64,000 nucleotides of DNA from Octopus vulgaris (lineage: Eukaryota): contig OX597842.1 of assembly GCA_951406725.2 (NCBI GenBank), forward strand, positions 33,418,001 through 33,482,000, read 5' to 3'. A program made the position numbers and the translations under genes. The notes beneath the pieces are model-generated. The model was given only the letters and a program-made list of their open reading frames with translations. It was not told the origin of the DNA and did no database searches. Shown piece after piece: positions 42,404-55,856 of the stretch; the first letter of the stretch is position 1; each line of letters opens with the position of its first letter.

Positions 42404-42451
<48 letters not shown>

Positions 42452-42633
42452 GCCTGCTCGCTTAGCCAGGGGGGGGGCTTCATTTGGAGGCTAAAACAAT
42501 GCGAAGCGCATTGTGACCAGCGATGTGTAACAACATCTGATTGCCTGGTCGGTCACAGTGATCACAGTGACAGTGATATATATATACATACACATATGTA
42601 TTTATATCTAAGTGTGTGCGTTTGTGTGTGTGC

Positions 42634-42673
<40 letters not shown>

Positions 42674-42855
42674 TCCACCACCATCGTTTGACAACGGATA
42701 TTAGTGTGTTTACGACCTCATAACTTAGCAGTTCGGCAAAACAGGCCTATAGAACAAGTACTAGGCTTACAAAGAATAAGTGATAGGGCCGATTTGGTAG
42801 TGCTGCAGCATGGCCGCCATCAAATGACTGAAACAAGTAAAAGAGCAAAAGAGAT
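42248..42855 (+). mobile_element. SINE family A split by an insert of about 125 bp (42448-42575) in its internal (TA)n
   Basis: The 5' half (42248-42405) and 3' half (42670-42855) are collinear; the insert resembles a decayed stretch at 62741-62791. Confidence 0.75.
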
Positions 42856-43149
42856 AAAATTGGTCCGGACAGCTCTCAACATAGGTGGAAAACGAGGTGG
42901 AGTAAAAAATCTCCCCTCAGATCACTTTCGAATTACTTGCTTTGAAAGACACCCGCCAAATAGCGGTAACGGCCATCTTTCTCGCTCCTGGCGCCGCATG
43001 CAGTGTGTCAAGCACATCAGTCATTAAGATCGTCCTAGTAAGAATAGTTATTAGTATAATAAAATTACTAATTATAATGGTAATGATATGATAATGTTAT
43101 GATAAAACATGAAAGTATGAATAAGAGTAGAATTCACACACACGTATAT

Positions 43150-43277
43150 ATGTATGTGTGTATGTATGTGTGTGTGTATGTATGTGTGTATGTATGTATG
43201 TATGTATGTGTGTATGTATGTATGTGTATGTGTGTGTGTATATATGTGTGTATGTATGTGTGTGTGCATGTATGTGC

Positions 43278-43308
<31 letters not shown>

Positions 43309-43620
43309 TGTACGTACTACGTACGTACGTGTGTATGTATGTATGTATGTATGTATGTATGTATGTATGTATGTATGTATGTGTGTATGTATGTATGTAT
43401 GTATGTATCTATGTATGTATGTATGTATGTATGTATGTATGTATGTATGTATGTATTTGCATTGATGTGTATGTGTGTATGTATGCATGAATGCATGTAT
43501 GTACGTATGTATGTATGTGTGTATGTATGTATGTATGTATGTATGTATGTGTGTACGTATGTATGTATGTGTGTACGTATGTATGTATGTGTGTATGTAC
43601 GTGTGTGTGTATGTATGTGT
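43150..43620. repeat. (TATG)n microsatellite
   Basis: Direct tandem. Confidence 0.95.
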
Positions 43621-43744
43621 GTGTATATATATACAATATTCAGGATGACTCAAAATTTTATGTAGATAAAAAGTTTTCTTTCAGTATTATTCACCCATCG
43701 CTTTTAAGATCAGGAGTGTGTGTATGTGTGTGTAATGTGTATAT

Positions 43745-43811
<67 letters not shown>

Positions 43812-43851
43812 TGTATGCGTATGCGTCGTGCGTGTGTGCGCATATTCATTT

Positions 43852-44042
43852 ATTCGTTTCAGTCATTTGACTGCGGCCATGCTGGAGCACCACTTTTTTA
43901 ATCGAACAAATCGACCCCGGGACTTATTCCTTGTAAGCCTACTACTTATTCTATCAGCCTCTCTTTTGCCGGACCGCTAACTTAAGGGGACGTAAACACA
44001 CCAGCATCGGTTGTCAAGTGATGTTGGGGATACAAACACACA
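43852..44042 (-). mobile_element. SINE family A, 3' half
   Basis: Reverse complement of the family A body. Confidence 0.85.
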
Positions 44043-44061
44043 CACATTATATATATATATA

Positions 44062-44092
<31 letters not shown>

Positions 44093-44151
44093 ATATGTAT
44101 GCGACAGGCTTTGCTCTGCCCGAGGCAATAGTTAAAAACTATTAATATTTA

Positions 44152-44195
<44 letters not shown>

Positions 44196-44230
44196 CTTAC
44201 ATATATATATATAAATAAATAAATAAATAA

Positions 44231-44266
<36 letters not shown>

Positions 44267-44382
44267 TTATAAAGCACGATTTATTCGTAACCAGAGTTGT
44301 TCGAAAACTGAGGTACTATTGTGTATGTATATGTGTATATATATATGTGTATATATATATGTGTATATATGTATATATATTG

Positions 44383-44555
44383 TTCTTCGTCGACGATAGC
44401 CTAGCTGGGCGAAACTTCGAAGTTATTGTCAATCATATTCTTGTGTTTAAGAGGAATAATAAAAAGAAAAAGTAACCTAGAAAAATACAGAATAATCCAT
44501 CAGATTAATGTAAAAATTTTTTTTTATTGTTATAACTGAATATAAAATCAAACAA
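44383..44555 (+). mobile_element. (TA)n-flanked short element (family F) with partial hammerhead-like motif
   Basis: TCGACGA TA GCC-TAGCTG-GGC GAAA CTTCGAAG TT; ACTTCGAAGT is a perfect palindrome, but helix I is not evident. Confidence 0.45.
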
Positions 44556-44968
44556 TATATATACATATATACACACATATATACATACATATACACAGAA
44601 ATATGAGAACAAAACATTTGCTGATAGTCGACTATTGATTGGTTTTCATATTGGCTGGGACTACAACTTTCAGTTTATCGGTTCTATCAGCTTGTACAAT
44701 ATATATGCGTGTGTGTATGTGTGTGAGGGGGTGTATATTATACGTGTGTATATAGTATCGGGAGTTTTCATAAAATGTCAGAAATGTAAAAAAAATTAAA
44801 TAAGGGATCGCTCTGTATAGTCAAGAGAGCTGAATGTTATTTTCAGCTTTGTCTACCTGCCCCGATAGAAGGGACCCTTAAGTCATCAAAATCCCTATTT
44901 GTACACAATTATTTAATACCTAGGGTTCCTTGTTTATGGATCTCTCATCAGTACCTAATAAGATGATC

Positions 44969-45021
<53 letters not shown>

Positions 45022-45037
45022 GATTATGTGCCTAGCG

Positions 45038-45130
45038 TACCCTTATCAGACGGGTAGCCATGATGGGTATATTGGGCTTTGTATATTGTACCCCAGTGTC
45101 ACTTTGATGGCATGCACTACTCTGTCATTC

Positions 45131-45170
<40 letters not shown>

Positions 45171-45267
45171 GATGCAGGTGTACCCTTATCAGACAGGTAG
45201 TCATGATGGGTATACTGGGCTTTGTATATTGTACCCCAGTGTCACTTTGATGGCATGCACTGCTCTA
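45038..45267 (+). mobile_element. Two tandem retroposon 3' ends embedded in (TAA)n
   Basis: TACCCTTATCAGAC.GGTAG.CATGATGGGTATA...GGCATGCACT at 45038 and 45181, preceded and separated by (AAT)n. Confidence 0.75.
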
Positions 45268-45304
45268 AAAGTCATATTAACCTTAATTAATAATGATATT
45301 AACC

Positions 45305-45645
45305 TTTCCTATTCAAACAGACAAGAAGATAGAAAATAGTAGACCGGACATAACAGTTATAGATAAGGAAAATCCAAGATGCTTACTGATCGACCCATCA
45401 TGCAAATTTGATCCCAGGATTGTAAAGAAAGAGGTAGAAAAAATATAATCCCTTAAAATTTGAAATACGAAGAATTTGGAGTCTGCGAACAGTAAATGTC
45501 GTTTTTATAATAATTGGTGTGTTGGGAACAAGGAACAACTGTATAGAGAAATGGCTGATTGAGATTGAAAGAGAATGGCCGGTAAAGCCCCTACAGGAGG
45601 GTTCTAAGCACTTGAAAGACAAGCGAAAATGTGTGGATACCTAAG
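45305..45645 (+). pseudogene. Decayed restriction-like endonuclease C-terminus of an R4/Dong-type non-LTR retrotransposon
   Basis: Hand translation gives FPIQTDKKIENSRPDITVIDKENPRCLLIDPSCKFDPRIVKKEVEK / frameshift near 45443 / YNPLKFEIRRIWSLRTVNVVFIIIGVLG, matching the RPD..D..K..EK..Y..W..G.LG pattern. Confidence 0.85.
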
Positions 45646-46410
45646 GTTACAGGGAGTAAATTACGACCCAAATATATCCTACTAGGAATAAAATCGAACA
45701 TGAGCCAAACGAAAATAACAATGGTGATGATGATGATGATGAATATATACGTTATGTTATATGTTATATTATGCGAGTTATAGGATTCAGTAGAATCGAG
45801 GCACATGAACAACGTAGGGCTCCAGAAATGGTTAGGTACAACCACATCGGTTTCATAGTAAGGTTACAGAAGCAAATGCAACGATCAGGTTTTGGTAGGA
45901 TACTACAGACGTATCGAATTGTAAAATCCAAAATCAAATTTAGACACTTGATCCTACTCGTGGTCGGTTCTAAGAGCTGCAAACTCCTCTCCTCCTCTCT
46001 CTCTCACATACACACACACAGACACACATATACATATATACATACATACATATATATATAAACAAACATTTGTATAGATATATATGTATAAATATACATA
46101 CATACATATACATACATACATATATATATAAACATAACCATTTGTATAGATATATATGTATAAATATACACACACATATATATATATGTATAAATACACA
46201 CACACACACACATATATATAGACATAAACATATATATATAAACATTTGTGTATATATATATATATATAAACATTTGTTTGTGTATATATATATATATGTG
46301 TGTGTGTGTGTATAGAAACAGGCATATGCTTGGATAATCACGCACACACGCGATTTAACCCATGAAGCCAGGTACACAGCTATGTCAGAAATCATTCCCA
46401 TTAAAATTAA

Positions 46411-46445
<35 letters not shown>

Positions 46446-46759
46446 AACACGCATTACAAATCGAAAAAAAACCCAAGTCATTACTCTAACGACCAACAAC
46501 CCTAAACAACAAGTATTTCGTATTTTTCCTTTGTATTCACCTCCAAAATACACTTCGTGTTATTTGTATACACCACCATAAAAATACACCATAAACATAA
46601 TCATACATACATACATCAACATGTCTATATAATTATATATATATGTCTGAATATTTGTGTGTGTGAATATATCTTTATACTTAATAATACCTGTTCTTGT
46701 TATAAACAATGCTATACAAGAAAATATCCACCATATTTTCTCATACACAATATATATAT

Positions 46760-46794
<35 letters not shown>

Positions 46795-46961
46795 CACATA
46801 TATAAATACACAAACACACACACACATATATACTTTTATATATATAATTATTGCAATACTTTATACGCAGTTTTTGACAAGTTGTGGTGCACCTGAGCAC
46901 TGTATACAATAATTTCATTATTATTATTATATATATATATATATATATAGTTATATATATA

Positions 46962-47145
46962 TACGAAAGGGTGCTGAAGAATCCCTGGTTTTAAGGGTAT
47001 CGCAAAGGGTCTGGCTGGAGGCCCAACTTCCCGAGTTTTTTTTTTTTTGTAGGGCTTAGAAAAACTGAAGGACTGCTTCAATAATTGTGTGAATCTGAGA
47101 GGGGAATATATTGAATAAAATCATAATTAACTGATCTTCCTCTAT

Positions 47146-47148
<3 letters not shown>
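46962..47148 (+). mobile_element. Mariner-derived MITE lacking the right TIR
   Basis: TACGAAAGGGTGCTGAAGA left end at a TA; internal GGCTTAGAAAAACTGAAGGAC...GAATCTGAGAGGGGAATAT. Confidence 0.8.
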
Positions 47149-47189
<41 letters not shown>

Positions 47190-47326
47190 TTTCTTTAAAA
47201 GCAGCAGAAAATTCAACAAAAGCTGTTACTCTGAGATCGCGTTCCCGTTCGTCGGACAGTTTTTATAAGCCTTGTGTATTTGAGTACTCTTTTTTCCACC
47301 TTCTTTCACATTTATGTGTTTACTCC

Positions 47327-47328
<2 letters not shown>
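47190..47328 (-). mobile_element. (TA)n-embedded element with hammerhead-like motif (family D)
   Basis: Minus 47223-47259 reads CTGT CCGACGA ACG-GGAA-CGC GAT CTCAGAG TA ACAG, with the GAAA eroded. Confidence 0.6.
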
Positions 47329-47386
<58 letters not shown>

Positions 47387-47866
47387 TATGTAAGTTTATT
47401 TGCATTCATTAAATATTACACCTGTTCCGGTTAATCAACAAATCTCCACAAGATCTTCATGTTATTTTATCATGGTCCATACCTAAACTACACACATATG
47501 TATATATGTGTGTGTGTGTATGCTTGCTTGGATACACAAGGCTTATAAAAACCTACTTAGATCCCGACTCCAATTCAAATTATTGTTACTAGCTCGTATC
47601 TTTTATATTATATACATTAAATATATACACACTATTATATATATATATATATATATATAAAATGAGATAGGGGTTGAAAATTCAACCCACCATGGGATAA
47701 TATATATCCAATATACTGCTAGATAGGTACCCAACAAGACTAATACATAGATGTTAAAAATTGCCAAACAATCAGTTCATCTATTGTATTATATGGGTAA
47801 AGGTAATAATATTACCGTAAATTAATACTACTATATAAGTATGTTTCTCCATTCTCTAATTTTGTA

Positions 47867-47904
<38 letters not shown>

Positions 47905-47970
47905 CAATAGTTTTCATTATTTACACACATCCGAGAAATTCACATTTTTTATCCTACAAAATATATATAC

Positions 47971-48004
<34 letters not shown>

Positions 48005-48170
48005 GGTGCAGGAGAGGTTGTGTGATATGTAGCTTGCTTACAAAGCGTATTGCCTTGGGTTCAGTCCCACTGCGTGGCACCTTGGGCAAGTGTCTTCTAC
48101 TATACCCTCAGGTCGACCAAGGCCTTGTGAGTGGATTTGGTAGACGGAAACGGAAAGAAGCCCGTCGTAT
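48005..48170 (+). mobile_element. SINE family A, 5' half
   Basis: Head, B box and CORE-like block. Confidence 0.85.
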
Positions 48171-48173
48171 ATG

Positions 48174-48205
<32 letters not shown>

Positions 48206-48329
48206 ATAGAGAGAGAAAGAGAGAGGGTATATATTCATATACAACGATATCTGTTATACTTAACAACATATCTACACAAGAACTTCAAATTATTTTATTA
48301 TCTACATGACAGACTCTACAAAATATAGC

Positions 48330-48363
<34 letters not shown>

Positions 48364-48439
48364 ACACAAACAAATCTGTATACATATGTATGCGTGAAAG
48401 TATGTGTGCATGTGTATCAGGGTATATATTTATATACAA

Positions 48440-48920
48440 TAATACCTGTTCTACATAACTATGTACCTACACCAGTACAAATTCACATACCTTTATCATC
48501 CTCAATGCATATTATTCATATTATATTACCATAAATATATTCTATACACATACATAGACTTTTCTAGATAACGAGTGTATATATTTGTATAATATCCGTT
48601 CTACTTAGCTACAAACCTCCACAAGAAATTTACATTACATCATGATCTACAATACACATTGTATACACCATATTACCATAAACATATTCTATATATATAT
48701 ATATATACATTTGTACATAAATATTTCTAGATAACGTTTATATATATACATATGTATGCGCGAGTGTACATGTTTGTACGTGTGTGAGCGTATATATTTA
48801 TATATTATATCTGTTCTACTAAGCTACAAACCTCCACAAGAAATTCACATTATTTCATGATCTACAATACATATTGTACACACCATATTACCATAAATAT
48901 ATATTTGTACATATATATAT
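48440..48920. repeat. Degenerate local triplication
   Basis: GTTCTAC...AAATT.ACAT...ATATTACCATAAA recurs at about 48446, 48597 and 48812. Confidence 0.7.
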
Positions 48921-48976
48921 ATATATATATATTCCATATATAAATTCCATATATATATATATATATATTTGTACAT

Positions 48977-49199
48977 AATCTGTTGGGTCTGGGGAGAGTC
49001 ATTTTCTTTTTGTGCCTTATAATGTAACACACTCACCGGTAAAATTTCCACTTTTTTCCCTATTTTTATTTATATTTTACCGGTGAGTGTGTGACATTAT
49101 AAGGCACAGAAAGAAAATGTCTCTCCCCAGACACAATAGAAAATGTTTCTACACACGAACTCATATAAAGAATCTTGCAAACCAAATCCAAAAAACCAA
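48977..49199. mobile_element. Fold-back insertion with a 12-bp target-site duplication
   Basis: 67-bp inverted arms at 48979-49045 and 49074-49140 (5 mismatches); ATATTTGTACAT at 48965-48976 and 49200-49211. Confidence 0.75.
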
Positions 49200-49305
49200 A
49201 TATTTGTACATCAATATTTCTAGATAACGTTTATATAATTATATAATATAATATATATAGATAACGTTTATACAATATATATATACATATGTATAGGTGA
49301 GAGTT

Positions 49306-49335
<30 letters not shown>

Positions 49336-49354
<19 letters not shown>

Positions 49355-49575
49355 TTTTATTGCCCACAAGGGGCTAAACATAAAGGGGACAAACAAGGAC
49401 AGACAAAGAGACTAAGTCGATTACATCGACCCCAGTGCGTAACTGGTGCTTAATTTATCGACCCCGAAAGGATGAAAGGCAAAGTCGACCTCGGCGGAAT
49501 TTGAACTCAGAACGTAACGGCAGACGAAATACCGCTAAGCATTTCGCCCGTCGCGCTAACGTTTCTGCTAGCTCG
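49336..49575 (-). mobile_element. Near full-length Nin/Deu-domain SINE
   Basis: Reverse complement of 16434-16664. Confidence 0.88.
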
Positions 49576-49680
49576 TTTCTCTCTCTATATATATAGACAT
49601 GTATGTGAGTGAATGGGTGAGAGTAAGTGCGTGCTCAAGTCGGAGAGTGAACGTATATTATTTATATATTGTTATAATAC

Positions 49681-49874
49681 CTGTCGGTTTATCAGCGGTC
49701 GAGTCGTCTGGTATTAGCGTTTGTCCTGACCATTTCCATGCAGAAGACACAGGTACAGATTCAATGGGACTAGAGCCACCGGCCGAAGTTTGGTTTGCGT
49801 TGCTGACAGAAGATGCTTCGCGTGATATTAGCTGTGACTGAGTCTCCGGCGTTTCTTTCATATCCTTTCTAGGT
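49681..49874 (-). CDS. Putative isolated coding exon (194 nt) of an unidentified gene
   Basis: Non-repetitive, higher-GC open frame PRKDMKETPETQSQLISREASSVSNANQTSAGGSSPIESVPVSSAWKWSGQTLIPDDSTADKPT, bounded by acceptor TTTTCTCAAAG| and donor ACAG|GTATTA. Confidence 0.6.
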
Positions 49875-51170
49875 CTTTGAGAAAAGTTATAAAAAATATT
49901 TCTTTGGTTTTCTTGTTTGGCTGTGTACGATTTCTTTTTCTTTTTCTTTTTCGTTTTACGTTCCTATATATATATATAGATAGATATGTACATATGTTTA
50001 TATGTGTGTGTATGTGTGTGATAGTTTGTGTGTGTGTGCGTATTTCTCTTTTATATTTATATATATATGTATATATATGTGTGCGTACGTTTGTGTGTAT
50101 ATCGTGGGCTACTTTTTGCACGTATGTGTTTACATATATAGAGATGTATGTATATATGTGTGTGTATGTGTCTGTGTATTTACATATAGAGCTGTGTATA
50201 TATATGTGTGTGTGTGTGTGTTTTTCTCTTTTATATTTATATATATATGTATATATATATATGCGTATGTTTGTGTGTGTATAACATGTCCTTTTTTTGC
50301 ACGTATAAGTGTGTTTACATATAAATATGTGTGTGTATATGTATTTGTGTATTTACATGCATAAACATGTATGTGTATATTTGTGTGTTTATATGTATAA
50401 AAATACGTGTGTTTGTGTGCTTAAGTCTATGTGTCTATGTGTTTATATACATAGAGATGTATGTGTGTATGTCTTTGTGTTAACATATGTGTGTGTGTGT
50501 TACTATATGAATATAAGTTTCTTGTGTTTACATATATGTGTGTGTATATAAATGTGTACGCTTGTGTATGTGTGTGTGTGTGTGCAACTATATGAATATA
50601 CGTTTGCTGTTGTGTAAATATACGTGTATACGTGTGTGTGTGTATGTCAAAATATATATATGTATGAATTTATGTATTGTATATGCTTGTGAGCACGTAT
50701 ATATATATGTTCGTGTATGCGTATATATATGTGTTCGCGTATGCGTATATATATATATATATGTTCGTGTATGCGTATATATATGTATATATATGTGTAT
50801 GTGTATGTTAAGTGTATATGTTCGTGTTTTCGTTTATGCAACTATCTCTATACAATATATATACATTTGTTTGTGTGTGTATATATATATATGAGTGTAT
50901 GTGTGTGTGTGTATGGTCAAAGAATAATATAGATAATAATAATGGTAACGATTATAATCCAATATTGACGGGGATAATCCAAAACTCGAACATAATGAAA
51001 ATTCTTTGAAATTTACGAATATCCCGAATTTTGAGACAGCAAATTTTCGTTCGTAAAATATATATATTTATATATACATACATACATACATAAGTGTGTG
51101 TATATGTTTGTGTGTGTGTAGAAGAGAGGCGAGGCGAACGATTAGTGTGTGTTTGTGTGTATGTATGTGT

Positions 51171-51208
<38 letters not shown>

Positions 51209-51535
51209 GAGAGAGAGAGAGAGATACGTGGAGGGTTCCTAACGAATGCGCATCGCTCTGAACGGTTGCTGTTCTAATCCTCCGTCGACGGCAAAGCCCA
51301 CACTGTCTCTCTCGCCTCGCTCTTTCCTGGCTGAGCCCAAAATTAAGCGTGCGTGCGTGCGGGTTGCTTATTACTGGCTAACGATGCTGTGTGAGTGTGT
51401 GTGTGTGTCTCTGTGTGTGTGTGTGTGAGTGTGTGTGTGTGTGTGTGTCGCTTGTTTGTTTACTTACAAGTGAGAACACAGCTTGTATTTATTAAACACA
51501 TGTGTGTGAGAGAGAGCAGAGTGTGCGTATGTTGA

Positions 51536-51576
<41 letters not shown>

Positions 51577-52133
51577 GTGTGTATATATATATATATGTGT
51601 GTGTATATATATGTATGTATTTTTGTTTTGTAACGTAAGTTTCTTCAAAAACGTAAGTTTGACTTCGACAATGTTTTTGCGTTATAAAGTCACTCAAATT
51701 TTTATATTCATTTATATATTTTCGTTTGATATTTCGTAAGAAATTTTTATATATCTTAAGTACATTATGTCTGTCTGTCTATCTATCTATCTATCTATCT
51801 ACCTATCTATCTATCTATCTGTCTGTCTATCTGATTGTCTGTCTATCTATCTGTCTATCTATCTATCTATCTATCTATGTTGTATGAATATGTATGTATG
51901 TTTGTATATATGTATGTATATATGTATGTATCTCTATCTATCTATCTATCTGTCTGTCTATCTATCTATATAAGTTTTTATATATATTTAATATATTGCA
52001 TATCGCATGCCTGTACGTGTGTATATATATGTGTGTATATGTATGTATGTGTGTGTGAGTTTTGCAAGTACTTAAAATTAGAATTATGTACTTTATTTAT
52101 CTATATCTTAACCCAAATCTATGTATACACATA

Positions 52134-52184
<51 letters not shown>

Positions 52185-52345
52185 CACGTGGGATGGAGAG
52201 TCGTTGAAGAGGTCACAGAATGTGTGACGAAAAATTTCAGACAAATGACGCTAAAATAATGCTAATAATAAAAGCTGAAGTGAAAACCAAGTAAACAGTG
52301 CGTGTGTTTAACTGGCAAAAATCTGACCTATCCAAAATGTAACGC

Positions 52346-52376
<31 letters not shown>

Positions 52377-52569
52377 GCATATATATATATGTGTGTGTGT
52401 ATGTGTACACTATATTATTTTTTTAAGTAAATATCTTAAAAATATTTCTCACATGGCTTTAATAATACTAAAGTTTCTTTTGCAATTAGCCCCCAAAGCA
52501 AAATATCGACTAGAGTGTCACGGTTATTTAAATCTACACCAGTATATATCTGGTAGCTTCTATTATCTA

Positions 52570-52634
<65 letters not shown>

Positions 52635-52644
52635 TTAAAGACCG

Positions 52645-52701
<57 letters not shown>

Positions 52702-53292
52702 AGAATGTGAGTGTGTGTTTAGGCCCTAGTATATAACTGGTATTTTATGTCAGCTGTGGAATATTCAAATTTAATGTATTAATTTAAAATTATATAAAAA
52801 TTAAATTAGATGTGAATACCAGTGGTAAAATGGGGGTTTAATTTTTGAAACGGAAAGCGTTTCAAAACCAGCGCTGGTGCTACAAATATCAAACAGGAAG
52901 AGGGACAAATTCGGATTAGGGTTTGGCTAACCCGAACCCTTAAATCTACCCACAAGTATTTGCGTAGCAGTTTATATATCACCCATAAACAAAATGAGGG
53001 AAACCAAATTTAAAAGAAGAAAATATGTCTGACCTTTGTACGGTTTGAACACAAAAGTCGAAAAGGACAACGACTTCTTAAGCTGTCGTCTGTTTTTTTC
53101 ATATATCAAAAACATGCACCCCGCCAAATTTGGGATAGATGGCTAACAGCCGTTTATTATTGTCCTACCCAAGTATATAACTGGTATTTCTAGAATATAT
53201 TTCTGATTTTTTATCTACACATCGATAGTAAATATATTACGATGTAAGTCAAACGGATACACGTTGTACTTGCGGGGTTGAAAGCAACAGCT

Positions 53293-53329
<37 letters not shown>

Positions 53330-53713
53330 GTGTTTGTGGTTATAGACCTTAGTGTATAACTGGTACTTGACGTCAGCTGCGAAATATTCTAATTTAGTTT
53401 TATAATTTTAAATTATGTATAAAAATTAATGTTGATATGATGAAAAAAATATTACTTCCCAATGGTGCAATTAGTTTTGGTTGTGTGTGTGTTTGTGTGT
53501 TTGTGTTAAATTCTGGCAACAATAAATTTTAAAACCATGTGAGAGAAAATGCACTTGTGTGTGTGTGTGTGTAGTGTGTGTAAATAGATAGACCAAGGTT
53601 TAGACGAACGTATGTATATATGTGTAGGTGTGCGTGTGTGGTTATATGTGAATATAGTACCTAGTTTGATAAGCGTCGACTGGCAATTAAGGAAATAGAG
53701 GCCCGGTATGTGC

Positions 53714-53751
<38 letters not shown>

Positions 53752-54879
53752 CGAGAACGTAAGATAGAGAAGAAGACTAGACACGCAGACAATGATAGTG
53801 AAAAACGGTGTTTTTACATGTGTGTGTGTATATGTATGTATGTATATATTTATGTGTGTGTGCGTGTTTTGTATGTATTCATGTATGTATATATATAAAT
53901 TTAAATGTACGGATATATAATGAATTTTTTTATATAAGATGTATAAACATTTTTATAGATCTCTGGGTGTGTCTAAAGCATAAATTCACATATGCATGTG
54001 TGTACGTTAGGCATATATACATGTGTATATGCATGTACACGGGAATACATGCATATATAATGATATATGTATGTATGTATATTTATATACATGTAAAAGT
54101 TTGTGCTAAATACATCCTTTATACGTGTGTGTGTATAATATATGATGTATATACGCTCCTTTTTCTTTCTTTTCTAGTTCACTAAATTCCCTGCGGCATT
54201 TTCCTTCGTTTTTTTCTTCCTTTTTGCGCATCCGCTGCGGGGACGGTTTCAAATCACCTCTCAGCTAACGATATATATATGTATATATACTTCCTCTCTC
54301 TCTCCTTTTCAAATATGCTTAAATTCAGGTATAATCCTTCTTCTTCTTCTTCTTCTTCTTCTTGGCTTTTGCTTTTTTCCGTTCTAGAAGAACCGAGATC
54401 GAATCGTAACTACAGCTAACATCTAACCTCTCGGATTCATCCTTTTCACATACCCATCGTTTCACACTCCCTCCTTCTATCACTCACTCACTCACTCAAG
54501 CACACACACACACACACACTCCCTCCCTCTCTCTCTCCCTCACACTCTCTCTCTCTCTCCAATCTTTTCTTAGATTCAAAAATGATTCTTTTTTTTCTTT
54601 TTCTTTCTCGTTTTCTTCTTCAAATTTTCCGATTTTCCATTTTTTCTATTCCCAAACAATTGCATTCGTTACTTTAGATAACCAGAATGTTGCAATATTT
54701 TTTTTTAAAATTGATTAATTATAATAATAATAATAATGATAATTAACTATATTGCTATTTTTCTTTATGTGTTTGTGTGTGTGTTTTTCAACGTTCAGTT
54801 AATTAATTTTTAAAATAATTATTTTTCTAAATCTATAAATCACATTTTCAATTTGCTTCTAAGATGATAAGTGTGTGTG

Positions 54880-55370
54880 TGTATCTATATATATATATAC
54901 ATACATATACATATATAAATATTTATATATATATAAATGTAAGTATATGTGCGTATATGAGTTTACGTGTTTATATGTCTATACATATATGTGTGTGTGT
55001 GTGTATTTATAAATATATACATACATATATAAATATTTATATATATATAAATGTAAGTATATGTGCGTATATGAGTTTACGTTTTTATATGTCTATATAT
55101 ATGTGTGTGTGTGTGTGTATTTATAAATATATACATACATATACATATATAAATATTTATATATATATAAATGTAAGTATATGTGCGTATATGAGTTTAC
55201 GTGTTTATATGTCTATATATATGTGTGTGTGTGTGTGTGTATTTATAAATATATACATACATATACATATATAAATATTTATATATATATATAAAAATGT
55301 GAGTATGTGTGCGTATATGAGTTTACGTTTTTATATGTCTATATATATATACGTGTGTGTGTGTGTGTGT
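54880..55370. repeat. Four tandem units of about 115-125 bp built around microsatellites
   Basis: AATGT(A/G)AGTAT.TGTGCGTATATGAGTTTACGT recurs at about 54935, 55049, 55169 and 55296. Confidence 0.85.
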
Positions 55371-55819
55371 GTTTGAATTCTTTACTTCGGTATATATGTT
55401 TATGTGTGGGTGTGTAGGTGTGTGGTGATTATGTATTTTATGTACGTATAGCCTATATAAGGAATTAAAGACTAGAAGTACATATATATAGATACGTAAG
55501 TAGACAGGTGTGTATATATCTATGTGCGAGGTGTGTTTATCTATATGAATATTTGAGTGTATAAATTTGTTGTTGTGTAAATGTATATATATATATATAT
55601 ATATATATAATTTGCTGTATATATGGGTATACAAATATATATCAATTTGTTTGTATAAATTTAAGTTGCGCGTGTATATGCGTTCGTGTATAACTAATTA
55701 TACAATGTATAATTTATTGTATGTATATACATGTGTGTGTGTGTGTGCTATCTATAAATTTTCGGAGGTATATAGCTATCAGTATTTGTGTATTTGTGTA
55801 TTTGTGAATATATATATAT

Positions 55820-55856
<37 letters not shown>

